Shown: positions 12,867 through 27,139, numbered from the whole stretch's first letter. The stretch: 63,745 nucleotides of DNA, filler included, from Octopus bimaculoides (GCF_001194135.2; 7 parts of 7 records of this genome joined end to end with filler, not necessarily neighbours in it), one strand, 5' to 3'. The notes: a model not told the origin generated them from the sequence alone. A program made the numbers and translations.

Positions 12867-14084
12867 TCATCCATATATACACATATATTCATACATACAT
12901 AGTAGAGATTGACCTCTTATTGTACCCATAATTGCTCTTTTTAGCGTGAGATCTTAACTTTTGAGCCCTGAATACACACACACAAATATATATATAGCGT
13001 ATATTTGGATGGATGTGCATGATTGTATGTGTAAGTGCTAATTGAGAATTTGTCTTTATTGTATAGGGTGCCTGTAAGTAAAACAATGTTACCTGAAGTT
13101 ATCTTAGCATTAAATTTCTTTAATGCGCGGACCTTAACCGTATGTATGATGATAAAATCTCTTCCACCGAAAACATACCTGTTTTCGCTCTGATCAATCC
13201 CATTACACGTATTCACATTTAAAAGTTGTCTTGAGTATCTCATGTGAATAATAACACGTGGTAAAGATCATCTACACTAAATATTGTCACATAAAACTTG
13301 TACTCAGTTTTAATAACAAAACTTAAAACTTCAATTCGCATTTTAAATTACTTATAGCAAACGCCAGATATATCAACAAACGCCAGAAAAACGTTAAAAA
13401 ATGCTATTAAATTACGATATTGAAGCCTCAAAACACATTTTGGTAAATCGAAAACAAATTTTAGATTATCAAAAGAACAATGAAAAAAATTTTGATGGAC
13501 ACATTTTGTGAAAACTACTGATACCTTTAAACAGGTATTACATTTCAACAAAGTAGATCACATAATAAAGTATAAAGTTATACAAACAAAGCAAATTTCA
13601 TGCATAATATTTTACGTAAATTCACAAACCATTCAACAAACCCAGTTCATAAATTTCACACTGCAAATCAAAATTAAAGACGTATGTTCTTTCTATAAGG
13701 TAACATATCCACTATGTTCTTTCTACAAGGTAGCATACCTACTATGTTCTTCCTTTAAGATGTACTTAAGAGACATATTTATTCAACATAAAAACCAGCT
13801 TCATATATTCCAACAAATAATTGAAATATGAAAACGTTTCTTTATATAATAAATAGATTAAGAAGAATTATGAACATGTTTGTTATATCTGAAAACCATC
13901 TTTCAATCGAAAACAAATAGACGAAAATAATTTACAAAACTCACCCAATCTTATGAGGCTCACTCATTACGATTGATCATATAATTAACGAATTGTATTT
14001 CCATAACAAGACACACGTAACGATTCACTATTTACTTCATGCCGATAATAATCACTTGAAATAAACATAAGCAGAGATGAAAAC

Positions 14085-14160
14085 TAGTATCATGGCGGAG
14101 ACTGTATTCCGCGCTTTCTGGGAGAATTGCGCGCTGATTGGCGTTGACGTCATATTCATA
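14085..14160. promoter_or_regulatory. CpG-rich promoter-like patch (CRE, CCAAT box, YY1-like motif)
   Basis: TGACGTCA 14145-14152, ATTGG 14137-14141 (GCCAATCAG on minus), ATGGCG 14092-14097; dense CpG in unique sequence just upstream of the CpG-poor block. Confidence 0.5.
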
Positions 14161-14433
14161 AGCCATAGTATCAGCCTTCCGAAACATACACTTCTCTCAT
14201 AAGATTCAAACAAAATAAAATTCATAAACAATTTTTTCGAACAATAATGATACGTAACCTTTCTGAAAATCAAAATTTCTGTGAAATTCAATTTATTTTA
14301 TATATAATTTAAAACATCCGAAAGTTGACAGAAATTATTTAGAATCGCACCTCTCCTTTCAATTAAATATCACTAAAAGTAAGGGGGTGCGCGCCCGCAT
14401 TAGTGTATGTTTTTAGTTTTACTTCTAGCACTT

Positions 14434-14513
<80 letters not shown>

Positions 14514-14988
14514 ATGGAGAAAGAATAGGTAATTAGATAAACCAAAGTTTATATTTATTCAAGAAAATGGAGATAAATCAATTAATAAGTATATTAACTA
14601 CAAAAATAAATATGTATTTTATTCTTACTGTTATAGTATTAGATAAAGTGAGTTGATTATTAAGGGATAGTATATACCTTTTGTATATGTATGTATGTAT
14701 ATACACACACACACTCACACACACACACACACACACACAACATACATAAGGATAAGCATATTAAAAAGTGTCCGCAGGAAAACTCGTTTAAATAAAAGAG
14801 TTGGCAACCACTGACTTAGATCATGGGTTCCTCCTTCATTAAAATTTCAACATCAACAGGATAGATGTGCATGTATGTATATAGATATGCAAGCATTTGG
14901 TGTCAGCACATGTGTAGATCTACATGTTTTGTTTTATGTATATGTATTCATACATATAGTTGCATGTCTAGACACGTTTATATGTAAA

Positions 14989-15276
14989 TTATATGCTAAA
15001 CTTTTGGAAGGTTTTACATATTTTAACTGTTCCATTGATGTATTGGATCTGTAATTTAATTACCTCTCTACTTTCTGGTTTTGACAATCCTAATTTCTCA
15101 AGATGAATGCTGAGACAGATTGTTACACATTCTAGAGATCCAATAATTACAGGTATAAATCTGAACTTGTAATCCCTGTGGAGTAGCCATGAATTTCTCA
15201 GTAGTTCAGTGCAAGTGTTTTCTTTTTTGCTAATCTTTAGCTTTATGTTGACATCTACTGGGAAACTGATTTTCAC
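14989..15276 (-). mobile_element. C-terminal fragment of an RLE-type (R2/R4/CRE group) non-LTR element
   Basis: ISFPVDVNI..K..K...YKFRFIPVIIGSL..GTVKICKTF resembles the restriction-like endonuclease C-terminus. Confidence 0.6.
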
Positions 15277-15764
15277 TATTGTACCTAGTTTCCCTGTTCT
15301 AAATCACAGTGCCTGTATGTCTATGTGTTGGTATGTATGCACACATGTATTTCCATCTGTCCGTATGTATGTATGCATGCTCTCTTTCTCTTTTTAAATC
15401 AGAATAAATTTTGACAAGACCCCAGTTTGGTAGCTACACTGTGAAGGAAAACATCTTGTTTTGTTCATCTGTATATATGAAATTGAGAATGTGTGTCTGT
15501 ATGTGTGCATCACTAAAACTCAAGAACTACCAAACCAATCTCATTCAAATTTTACACATGCATTACTTAGAGTCCATGCAGTGTCATGAGCCAAAACAAT
15601 TTTCAACTTCTTGCTTAATGCAAGCCCAGAGCAATTACTTATCTTTTATACTATTTCAGTATTATGTGTCAAAAGTGAAACAATAACATCTCTATTGTAA
15701 TGTGAGATACATTCAGTTTAATACTGAAACTATTATCTCATATATATATATACATGCATATGCA

Positions 15765-15810
<46 letters not shown>

Positions 15811-16253
15811 TATATTAATTATTTATATAAGGGCATTACTATACAAGAATGCCTCACGCTATGAGGGACTCTAAGGTCAGGCTACCATAATAAAACACAT
15901 GTTTTTTATGGTAGTGTTTTTATGATGTTTTTTATNNNNNNNNNNNNNNNNNNNNNNNNNNNNNNNNNNNNNNNNNNNNNNNNNNNNNNNNNNNNNNNNN
16001 NNNNNNNNNNNNNNNNNNNNNNNNNNNNNNNNNNNNNNNNNNNNNNNNNNNNNNNNNNNNNNNNNNNNNNNNNNNNNNNNNNNNNNNNNNNNNNNNNNNN
16101 NNNNNNNNNNNNNNNNNNNNNNNNNNNNNNNNNNNNNNNNNNNNNNNNNNNNNNNNNNNNNNNNNNNNNNNNNNNNNNNNNNNNNNNNNNNNNNNNNNNN
16201 NNNNNNNNNNNNNNNNNNNNNNNNNNNNNNNNNNNNNNNNNNNNNNNNNNNNN

Positions 16254-17020
16254 ACTCAAAGTTTCACGTCCCCGTTCATCAGACAGTTGTACCATTGAAT
16301 TACAAATAACGCTCATCTTTTGTGCTTGGGTGACCCTACAGCTTCAAAGAGTACAACTGTATTCATCTTTGCTTAGATAAAATGACTAAATTATAGGTGT
16401 TAAGTCACCATGAAGAGGTCTTTCTAACTTCTAAGAAGATGAAATTTTAGAAATATTACTTCATTTGTGTCTAATATCTATGGTTCAAATTTCATCAAAA
16501 GCAAAAATATATGAATTTTCATGGGGATTATGGCCCTTATGCATAGAATATAATTACTAAATTTCGTAAAGATCCATTCAGTACTTTTGACATAGTTTTG
16601 GATCATAAAAAAATGACAAAAATTTGGGAATTAAGGCCCCATTAGGGGGTCTTAGAATTCTCACGAGAAGTGGAAAGTTTGAGAATACATCTTGATGTGT
16701 GTCAATTACCCATGGTTGAAATTTCATCAACATCGAAAATTTATGAATTTTCATGGGGGTTCTGCCCCCTTTAAGCCATCTCAAATTCAAAACAAACATA
16801 CTGCATTATACTTGCCCTTATGCATCGAATCTAAGTTCCAAATATCATAAGGATCCATTCAGTAATTATGGTTCATGAAATTGTATGAAACACACAGCAT
16901 TACCCTTCTCCCTAGGGTTGGATTTTGTGTTCCAAATTTCATTAGGATCGATGCAATAGTTTTCGAATGTATAAGTAACAGACGAACACACATAAAAACA
17001 TTGACTTTTATATAATAGAT
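16254..17020 (+). mobile_element. Helentron/DINE-like non-autonomous element, 3' part
   Basis: Internally repeated modules (aaatttc..aaggatccattcagta) and terminus acagacgaacacac..ttttatataatagat. Confidence 0.45.
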
Positions 17021-17209
17021 ATGAATATACACATATACATACATGTATATGTATGTGTGTATTATATATATATATATCATCATCATCATCATCATCATCG
17101 TTTAACGTCNNNNNNNNNNNNNNNNNNNNNNNNNNNNNNNNNNNNNNNNNNNNTTAATTAATTAANNNNNNNNNNNNNNNNNNNNNNNNNNNNNNNNNNN
17201 NNNNNNNNN

Positions 17210-17516
17210 GTTGCCAGTACCGCCTGACTGGCCTTCTTAGGATTTTCGAGCGAGATCGTTGCCAGTGCCCCTGGACTGGCTCCTGTGCGGGTGGCACATA
17301 AAATACACCATTTTGAGCGTGGCCGTTGCCAGTACCGCCTGACTGGCCTTCGTGCGGGTGACACGTAAAAGCACCCACTACACTCTCTGAGTGGTTGGCG
17401 TTAGGAAGGGCATCCAGGTGTAGAAACTCAGATTGGAGGCTGGTGTTGTCATCCGGTTTCACCAGTCCTCAGTCAAATCATCCAACCCATGCTAGCATGG
17501 AAAGCGGACGTTAAAC

Positions 17517-17547
<31 letters not shown>
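17210..17547 (+). mobile_element. RTE 3' end
   Basis: Same 3' UTR units as 8361-9197; ends GGACGTTAAAC(GAT)n. Confidence 0.85.
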
Positions 17548-17548
<1 letters not shown>

Positions 17549-18081
17549 GACCACTAGTAAAGCAAAAACTCATAAAGCAGAGCAATAATTTCCTAAAGTA
17601 GCAATGTTATAAATTGTAATTTATTACCAAAAAAATATTTTACCTATAAAATTCATAATACTCATAAATAAATGGCAATAAAACAACAACAGAATGTAAA
17701 GAATATTTTATGTAAAGTAAAAAAAATGTCAACATCATTTTTAATAAAAAAATATTAGTTATTATAATTGTTTTCTGAATCACTTTCACTTGCACTAGAC
17801 TTGCGCAAACCATCTCTTGTAAACGCGATCGTAGATGGACTTGTAGATTTCTTTTTAAAAAAACAAGTCTAGAGTTGTTTGCTTAGAAGAAGCTTTTCTT
17901 TCACACTCTGTAAATTTCTTGATAACTCACAGAAACATTTGTTATGCTAGTAGGAAGTTTTGCACTTCGTTCAAAATTTGGATCTTGTGTTTGAAAAATA
18001 AAACTCATAAACCTAGGGTCTTGTAAAGCGGGTCCTTGTAAAGATGTTACTATATATTCTTTACATCAATAACAAACAGTA

Positions 18082-18113
<32 letters not shown>

Positions 18114-18114
<1 letters not shown>

Positions 18115-18800
18115 CATCATCATCGTTTAACGTCCATCTTCCATGCATGTATGAGTAGGATGGTTCACAGGTGCTGGTCAGGTAGAAAAACTACCCAATG
18201 TCACTCTGTTTTGGCAGGGTTTTTATGGCTGGATGACCTCCCTAAAACCAACCACTCTGCAGAGTGAACTCAGTGCTTTTTGTGTGGCACAAGCACAGGC
18301 AATGTTACTTTTGGCATGATCTTTACAGCAGGATGCCCTTCCAAATGCCAACCACTTTACAGTGTCGACTGGATGCTTTTTACACGGCACCAGTACTGGC
18401 AGGGTAGCCAAGTAACTTGCAAGACAAACAATTATGAGAGGGGTAGGGGCATTTGAGGAGGGCAACTTGTGTCAAAGGATGAAAGGTTAGAAGGTGACAA
18501 AGAGGTAGAAACAAGTGTCTTGCTATAATGGAGAGGGAATTAGAGGAGCGGATCCAGTATCAGATGATAAAAGGGTAGAGTGTGACAGAGAAATAGGAAA
18601 GCAGAAATAGGTGTCTTGCTGTAGAGGAAGTATGTGGTTACCTAGCAAGAGAGAGTGACCAAGAATGAGGGCAGAAATAGGTGTGCTGCTGTAGGGGAGA
18701 TATGTGACTACCCAACCAGCGGGAAGAGAGGATGAGTAGGAAACAGCGAAAGTGTAAGAGAGAGCAGGAGAGAGATGATGTAGTGCCAGGATATACTCAC
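18114..18800 (-). mobile_element. Older RTE-type 3' UTR remnant
   Basis: (CAT)n-CGTTTAACGTCC terminus, duplicated ggatgcccttcc..gccaacc motif, GA-rich repeats. Confidence 0.6.
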
Positions 18801-19134
18801 AAGTAACAAGGATCAGAGCTTAGATGTGATGGTAGAGTATATACATTTGGTTAATGAGAGACAAAAGATGGAAAATACAAGAATTTTAATTAATCACTAC
18901 AATTGTTTTGATCCATCTAGCATTCATGCCTCATGATTCAGGAGCATCTGGCTGTGGAGATGTGTCTAACAATACATCTTCTCAGTTCCTGTAAAGAAAA
19001 ACAGCAAATTAAAGGATATAGCTCCATCAATATAGAAGTTCAATAATGAAAAACTAACCGGCAAACAAAAATGAACACGCAGTACAACGGAAAAAGTATT
19101 AAGTATAACCATTAATGGATATGGATGTATAAAC

Positions 19135-19300
19135 GCGCTTGCATCTCCCAGAACGTTTGTCGATATCGACACTTTTTCAGCAACCTTGGAATCATTTGAA
19201 CCACTCGTATGCTTGTGTGTGGCTCATACAATCCTCTCCATATACTTTCTGAGACTTGGGATAGGCCTCTGAGCAGGTATTACCATCACAACTTACTCTG
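19135..19300 (-). mobile_element. Mariner transposase N-terminal HTH fragment
   Basis: KVYGEDCMSHTQAYEWFK*FQGC*KSVDIDKRSGR on minus. Confidence 0.7.
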
Positions 19301-20200
19301 TCATGGTCAACATGACAAGCACACGCTACACACCTTCATTCCAAGTACTACTGTAAACAGCACAAGTGAGCTGGAACATTCAAACTTAGTGTGCACGCAC
19401 AACAGAGTTGAAGGCCAAGATGTGCCAAGCAGCTTCACTCTGCATGGTTTAGCTTCGTTACTATGTCGTTACTACTTATTTTGTTTGGGACATACTTCGT
19501 TATTATGCCGACAGTTCAGATACTTATTGATCAGTAGTTGCATGTATATATAATTATATATACATATATATACATTATTTATGTTATATGATCGAACGCC
19601 ACGCACTGTCTCCAAGTAAGTTTTATCTTAATAATATCTACTGCGCACTCTACTACTATTACTATCACTTCCCTGTCTATCTCTCTCCCTCTCTTGTTCT
19701 TCATCCTTTCTGTTATTCTCTCCCACCCTTTCCCTATTCTTCTCTTCCTTTCACCATTCCCTCTCTCTCACTCATCCTCCTTGACCCTCTCATCGCTGAC
19801 AGGTGACGAAAGGGATTCTTTCTTTCTACTTCCTGCCTTCCTATAGAGAAGACGTGAATTTTTTTGTCTCTCATTCACATCTAACTTTGCATTCAAAATA
19901 ATAATTTTTCTATCGCCTTGGTCTAACAGCCCTTCCTGTTTGTTTTCNNNNNNNNNNNNNNNNNNNNNNNNNNNNNNNNNNNNNNNNNNNNNNNNNNNNN
20001 NNNNNNNNNNNNNNNNNNNNNNNNNNNNNNNNNNNNNNNNNNNNNNNNNNNNNNNNNNNNNNNNNNNNNNNNNNNNNNNNNNNNNNNNNNNNNNNNNNNN
20101 NNNNNNNNNNNNNNNNNNNNNNNNNNNNNNNNNNNNNNNNNNNNNNNNNNNNNNNNNNNNNNNNNNNNNNNNNNNNNNNNNNNNNNNNNNNNNNNNNNNN

Positions 20201-20234
<34 letters not shown>

Positions 20235-20247
20235 TTATACATACTGA

Positions 20248-21127
20248 TGAATGACTGGCAGTTGACTATAACTCAAATAGCCGATGCTGTTAGCATATCT
20301 TGTGAGAAAGTTGAGAATATTCTCATCAATGAACTTGGCATAACAAAGGTTTCTGCTTGGTGAGTGCCACACCTTCTGACACCTGCTCAAAAGTACACCA
20401 GACTGATCATATTACAGCAAAATCTGATATTGTTTGAGGCAGATCCAGCTGGTTTCTTTGAACGTTTCCTAAGCCAGGATGAGTGTTGGGTTCATCACTT
20501 TAAGCCAGAGACAAAGAGATAATCCATGCTATATAAACACCCATCCTCACCTGCCATGGTCGTTTCATCTGCCAAGCCAAGATTGTTTCGTTTGCAGGGA
20601 ATGCGATGGCCTAAGTTGTTGGGGATGAAAAAGGCATTGTGTTTATTTACTATCTTCAAAAGGACTCCGCCATTAATGGAGAGTACTATGCCAACTTGCG
20701 GGGGCAGTTATTAAAGGCTATCAAGACCAAATTCCCAAGAAAACTACACAAAAGAAATCTTTGTTTCATCAGGACAATGTTCTAGCACACAAGTCCTTGG
20801 TTTCAATGGCTGCTATGAATGACTGACTTTAAACTGGTTGGTCACCCTCCCTATTCTTCTGATTTGGCCCCCATCTAACTATCATCAGTCCCCTAACAGG
20901 AAAAAATACTTGGCTGAGAACCAGTATCACAATGATGATGGCATCATATCTGCTATTAATGACTTTTTTGACCAACAGGATGGAAGCTTCTTCACTTATG
21001 TGATCCAAGCACTGCAACAAAGAAGTGTGTGGAGTGCAAGGGGGGACTATGTTGAAAAATAAACCTCATCTGGTCACATTCCATGAGAGTATCTTGGTCA
21101 GTCTATGAACTTTTCGGCCGACCTTTG
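20248..21127 (+). mobile_element. Mariner (DD34D-type) pseudo-transposase with 3' TIR
   Basis: VPHLLT, QDECWVHHF, FHQDNVLAH, HPPYSSDLAPSNYH, DYVEK*; TIR gaacttttcggccgacctttg followed by TA. Confidence 0.9.
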
Positions 21128-21549
21128 TATAATGAATATGAGTTAGAAAGAAGGTATGGGAGAGCAGGTAGTAACAGGCAGTATAGAAAGGTGGATAGAT
21201 TACAGGGGTGTGGAGAGAGACTGATGTGCATGGGAAGAGTGAGAGAACGTATGGTAAGAGTCTAGTCAACGAGAAGTGGTTTAGGGGAGTGGGAAAGAAT
21301 TTGGTAGTATAGATGGGTGATCAATATAAAGAGAAGGACATAATTTAAGAATGAAAGATGAATACTAGGTGAAGTGGTTCTCGGTAGTGAGAAAGATAAC
21401 TGGTTTCACAGAAAAAAAATGAAAATGAAATGTGTAGTTCTGCCCTGATAGGCAAGTGATTAGATCAGTGGTAGAAAGACGAGAGGCTGGGGAAGGCTTG
21501 ATGAGCAAATTGGCCAAGGTGCCAGTCATGTATATACACTGAAATGGGT

Positions 21550-21730
21550 TGGTCTTCTTGAGTACTGCATAGCACTAGTTATCCTGGTCCTTTGTCATCT
21601 CCATAAAATTCAAAGACCTAAGTCAGCTTTCACAACTTTGTCACGTCTCCAAGCTCCATCCACATTAAATGGTTACCACTTCTTTATTATGTGCATCACA
21701 TGTCCATATCAGCATAGTCTTTCCTTTTGC
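21550..21730 (-). mobile_element. RTE ORF2 C-terminal fragment
   Basis: Similar to other RTE C-termini in the window (..AVLKKTNP). Confidence 0.55.
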
Positions 21731-22729
21731 ACACTGCATCTGCTTCCTCTTATGCCCAATTTTTCTTTTAACATAATTGTACTTTGTTGTTTATGTGCAC
21801 TGACATAGCTTTATCTATGAAGTCAGATTGAATCTTGTTTGCTTGCTTGCAATGTTACTCAGCCAAACTGGCACATAATGGGAAAATACTGTGAATTAAG
21901 TTTACCCTGAAATGTTAATATGAATGGAATGAAATAAGTTTTGTGTAAATCGGTAAAGTGGTTTTCGAGATATTAGAGGTTTTCAGAGTATAAACACCCA
22001 AAACTGTGCATAATGGGAAAATGTTCTGAAAATAATCGTCATCCTGAAAGGGAAGAAACATTATCTTTCTATTAGTAAGTTGACAATGAAAAAATATTAT
22101 TTTTTTATTTTTACAGTAAATGTTTCTATTTTCGGTTTTGTTAAACACAATATTTTAATCATTTAGGAATATTTTTAAGTGAATGTGATTTCAAAAATTC
22201 TATTTTAGCTTTCTTTTAACAGACAAAATTTTAATGTTTTTTAAATTATTTTCAAGTGAATACCATTCCCAAATTTTTTTTGGCATATTTAAAAAATATT
22301 CTAAAGTGAGAATATTTCATAAAAGACCCGTTTGTAGCATCAGTATGAAATAGTTTTTTTACATAGGGTTTTTTTCTAGTGAATTCAATGTATCACACCG
22401 CCAAAGATTTGGCTGCTATTTCTATCGTGCCCTGCTACCACGTAACAGCTATTTGCGATAAAAGACCCAAATACCTGTTACATGGTACCAGGGCATGCAG
22501 GCAATAGCAGCCAAATCTTTTTTTTTCTGGGGAAAGGAGCTGTTTATACATGATTTTGATGTCACATTCGTTGAAAGCATGCGAAATAACCTGGAAAAGG
22601 AAAAAACCCATGAAATTAAATTCCATTGTTGGGAAACTCAGAATTTCCCGGTGACCCAATGGGTCAAGGGTAGTCTGGTTTTTTTTCTAGCCTTTGCTTA
22701 TCCTTATCATTCAAGGCCCACACCTCTCT

Positions 22730-22925
22730 ACCATGTAGTATTGCTGTTTGCACATAAGCATCATACAGTCTGCCTTTTACTGTGAAAGAGAAACTTTTTG
22801 TTACCAACAGAGATCTCTGAATTTTCTTCAGCCTGTTTTTATTTTAGTAACTATGTTTTCAGAACATCTCTCTCCACTGCTAATTAGGTCACCTAGTCAA
22901 CAGAAGTTATCTACTACCTCTAACA
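22730..22925 (-). mobile_element. RTE ORF2 fragment
   Basis: catcatacagtctgccttttac motif shared with 11447 and 33050. Confidence 0.65.
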
Positions 22926-23764
22926 ATTCTCCTGAGCAGTTAAGAAAACTGATTGACTGTGTGAGTAACTAAAATGTATCCTACACTGCAAGATATTTTA
23001 ACCTTCTCAGACCTGGGGCCTGTGTCTAATTTTACCCTCCACCTGGGTTCCTGAACTAAAAAATAAATAGTTGCATTCACAGCTCAAGGGTAACGATTGC
23101 AGACAAATTAATGAACAGATTCACTAAAAAATTCAGGAGAATTACAATAATAGACCTATCTCTTGATTACTGTATTTGTTGAATTTCAGGCAAATTAATG
23201 GACAGAAAAAAAAAAAAGAAAATCTAAGAACAGCATTAAGAGCCCTATCTCTATTACTGTATTTTTCACTCAAATTGCTACATTTTTCATCACTTTCTCT
23301 AGTTTGATTGTCTGAATCACTCTCATTGTCTGTGTAAGGGTAAACTCTTTGTCAAAACAATAAATATCAATAATTTTCTCCACTGTAAAGAGCCTAGGCC
23401 TTGCTTGTTTATCAGGCAAAGTGCTGGGTTTCATTGCAAAAATTAAATTTTTTTTTTTTTCCTGATTAAAAACAAAAGTAAACAATAGCTATGGGGGACA
23501 TTATTAACAATGAGTCATAAACACACTTGACTACAATGCTGCCATGTGATTAGTTGTCTATTTTTAGTATTTTATATTTTTTTATGTGTTGTTCATTACC
23601 ACTTTAATGGAAATCCAGTAGAGATTACATTTAGGTTAATCCTGCCATACCAGGAACACAGTGTGATAGGGTTAAGCATCTTAGCACTTACTCCTGGTGG
23701 TCCATACATAGGCTTTCTCTGCTTTCATATTCCTAATTGCTTTCTCTATAGTACTCTTGCTTTC

Positions 23765-25085
23765 TAGAATAGCTGGACCTTCTGCTGGGTCAGCATTGGG
23801 AAAACCCACTTTCTCCCATGTGTCCTTAACATTTGATATCCTTTCATAGTAGCATTTCCATGACTCTGCAGAATTACAAAGTCCAAGTGTGCCATTATCC
23901 ATCTGTTTGTGTTTTTCTCTCATAACATCTCAATTTTCTCTGATACACAGCCTCGCAATTCAGAACACCTCATGCCTCTGGTCCTCTCACTAAAGTACTT
24001 TGGCAAACTTCTTACTGCTTCTCCTCTTGCTAAGTAAACCTGTTGCCTAATTTCTCTTCTTGCAACCTAGAAGAGTAACTAAATAACTCCCTACTATCCC
24101 TATTATTCCTCTCTTTCCAAGTCTGTCTCAGCTTTTATGGCTCTCTCTGCCTCACTGTTCCACCATTATATCACCCTTGTTCTGGCTGGAACTTTGCACA
24201 GATTTAGTGCGTGACCCTCAATAGGTTGCCCTGCAGGAACTAACAATTGTCCTCTGTATTTTTATGTCTGTTTCCTCCTCCTCTTTGTCAAATACTTTAA
24301 TTAATACTTCTCTACATTTCTCTGTGGTCAGTGTATCTTTAAGCTTCCATAGCTACCTTTTCCAGATTGGTTTGTGTCTCTGAGTCTTTCAAGCTCTGAA
24401 TCTGAGGTGACTAACCAGTAGCCTATGTTGAGTTGTATGTTCTTTGTCCGGGAAGGATTTTGCATTTACAACCATCTGTCTATCCTGTTTTCTAGTGAGA
24501 ATGTCATCAGTCTGGCTTGTGTGCTCACCAGATTGATAGTTCATAGTATTGCAGATGATTAGGTCGTTTGCATCACAGAATTCCAAAAACTTTCTCTCCT
24601 TATTTCTAAAACCAAAGCCATAACCTACATGTACACCATGGAACCCATCAGAGTGCTGCTTAACATGTTGAAGTCACTAGCCATGAATATAAGGTCATTC
24701 TTGTACATTGTTGAGGTAAAACCAGTCCTTATCTTTTGTTTATCTGCTAGTCCCAATTAAGGATCTCTTGTAGATAAATGTTGCCATTTTTTTTTCCAAG
24801 ACTAATATAAGCTTAACTTTCCTACTGCACACTCCAACTACCTTGATTACTTTTTCTACCCATTTCTCTGCCATATTATGCTCCTCACCACACACACTAT
24901 CACTATTGCTTATCCAAAAAGATTTATACCTTTGTTCCTTGTTCATGAAAAGTCTGGCTGGGGTTCCCTTCCTGTGCAACATGCATCCACATACCTCCAT
25001 TCTAACATTTCAACAATCTCACCAGATCTACCTTTCATTGTGCTTTACAAGTAGAACTTTTGACCAGTTGCGACCAGTTTAAAAG
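23765..25085 (-). mobile_element. RTE LINE AP-endonuclease and linker region, decayed
   Basis: GRSGEIVEML, AEKWVEKVIKV, EFCDANDLIICNT, ILTRKQDR, QHRLLVSHLR motifs. Confidence 0.85.
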
Positions 25086-27139
25086 CTAAAGGGTTAATCT
25101 TGTATATGGTACACTTGTGAATAAATTTACCTAATTTTTGCACAAAATTGGTTCTTGATATGCACACATACATATATACACACATGCATATATGCACACA
25201 TGCATATATGAATTTTATACACAGCATTCTTGATTTTTTGTGACTTTATTGATTTATAAATTTATCACTATATTAAGTGACCTTAGAGTGACTTTAGAGA
25301 CCTTAAACTAGCCTTTTAGTCAGCCAAAGGTTATATGGAAACTGAAAGCCAGCTCCTGCTACATATGAAAGGCTAACTGACTGTATATCTCCTTTTCTTA
25401 ATTAGTTTGATTGATGAGACAAGAAAACTTGTCAAAACTATATGTAGTCTTGGAATAATAAGGTATTTACTGTATATGTTTTGTGTGTAACTACTTGATT
25501 TTCAAATTCCATTTCATTTCTGTTGATATTTGTCATAATTCTGAAATTGTTAAATATTTATGGAATACTTTAAAATAGCTTTGCTACAGTTTTGTATGAG
25601 TTAAGATGTATCTTTGATGGCTGTATGTGTATATATTCTGAAACCAGTGATAATTTTACTTACTAAGTTTTACTTAGGATTGCATTAAAAATTCAAGTTT
25701 AAATTCTAAATGTTAGGAGTTCTAGACATGCTTGATAATGAACAGACGTAGTTTCTTTTTAAATTATTGGCTGTGGAATAAAGAAACTATATTTTTAGAC
25801 AATCAGAAATGTTTGTAAGTTTACATAAAAATATATTTAAATCAATATTTCATAAGAACCTCTCTACAAACAAAATATTTGTACTATGACACATGCACAC
25901 ATGTAAGTGAGTGTTTTGTTATATCTTGTTAAAGTGTATATCCCAGTTTTAGGCTGATAAGTAATGCTATATCTCTGTGTATTATATAAGAAATGGCTAA
26001 GAGGGATGGAATCAGGAAGGACATCAGATCGATAAAACACAGTCTCAAAATGGAAACAAGATGATTAGACTGTCCTGAGCTCTACAAAGCTAAGCTCTAC
26101 TTTAGCAGGGAAATAGCCTTAAAATGTTCGATGCTATCACATCTTGATTTTTTCTTGATTTAAGTCTATCTATAAATATATTCAAAGCAGAGAGAAATAG
26201 AGAGACACACACACACATGCACGCATGCACGTGCGCACACGCACGCACACACACACACACACATACACACACACACACACACACAATTGGCCTGTTAAAT
26301 TGAGACTGTTTTTTTAAAATGTCATATTTTCATAAGTTTCATGAATTAAAAATTTTAAACCTATTTAACTTACATGTTAAATAGGTTTAAGATATAAACT
26401 TTGTTTTGTTATTAGTTGAAGATTGGCGGTAGATTGTACTAGAATTATGGAATCGTTGTAGTGAAATGTTATTGCTGAAATGAGCCACACAGAGCATGGC
26501 TCTTAGGAAATCATTACCATTGAAGGGTATTCTAAGGCAATAACTTGCCATACTTTGATTTAGTTTTTGATTACAGATGTTCTAAGTCTCAAGCTATTTT
26601 TTGCAATCAGGTTGGTCTAAAATGATTGCCATGGTATCTTTCTGTCAGCATTACCAATCTTGTAAAAAAAAAAACTATGGTGTAAATAGGAGGTCAGTAG
26701 GTGGGGTGGAGAACATGAAAAACAACTTAGGGTTGAAGTCATATACTTGCAGATGTTGAAGCATTCTCATAGCCATTTCTAAAGCTCTGAGAGCTGAGAG
26801 AGTCCAAGCTTTTCAATTATATAAAGCACACGAGAAGAAAAGAATCTTTTTAGGTAAAAGGAAAATTCATAGTCTACTAAATTATCAATCACCACAACTA
26901 CAGGATTATTGCTTTTGAGGCTTCCAAAGTTTTTGTTGTGATATGAAGCAATAATCTAGTCTCATTAATGATGTTAGATGTTGCAAGCTCAATACAACTA
27001 CATATTTGAACATCTTTTAGCTTTTGATGTCATGGTTTACTGAATGAGGTTATTTTAAACCAGCACATAGTTAAAAGCGTCTGCAGTATTATTTAAAGGT
27101 AAAAGTTCTAATGTTTGATTCCAGAGGAATCTAGTCTTC

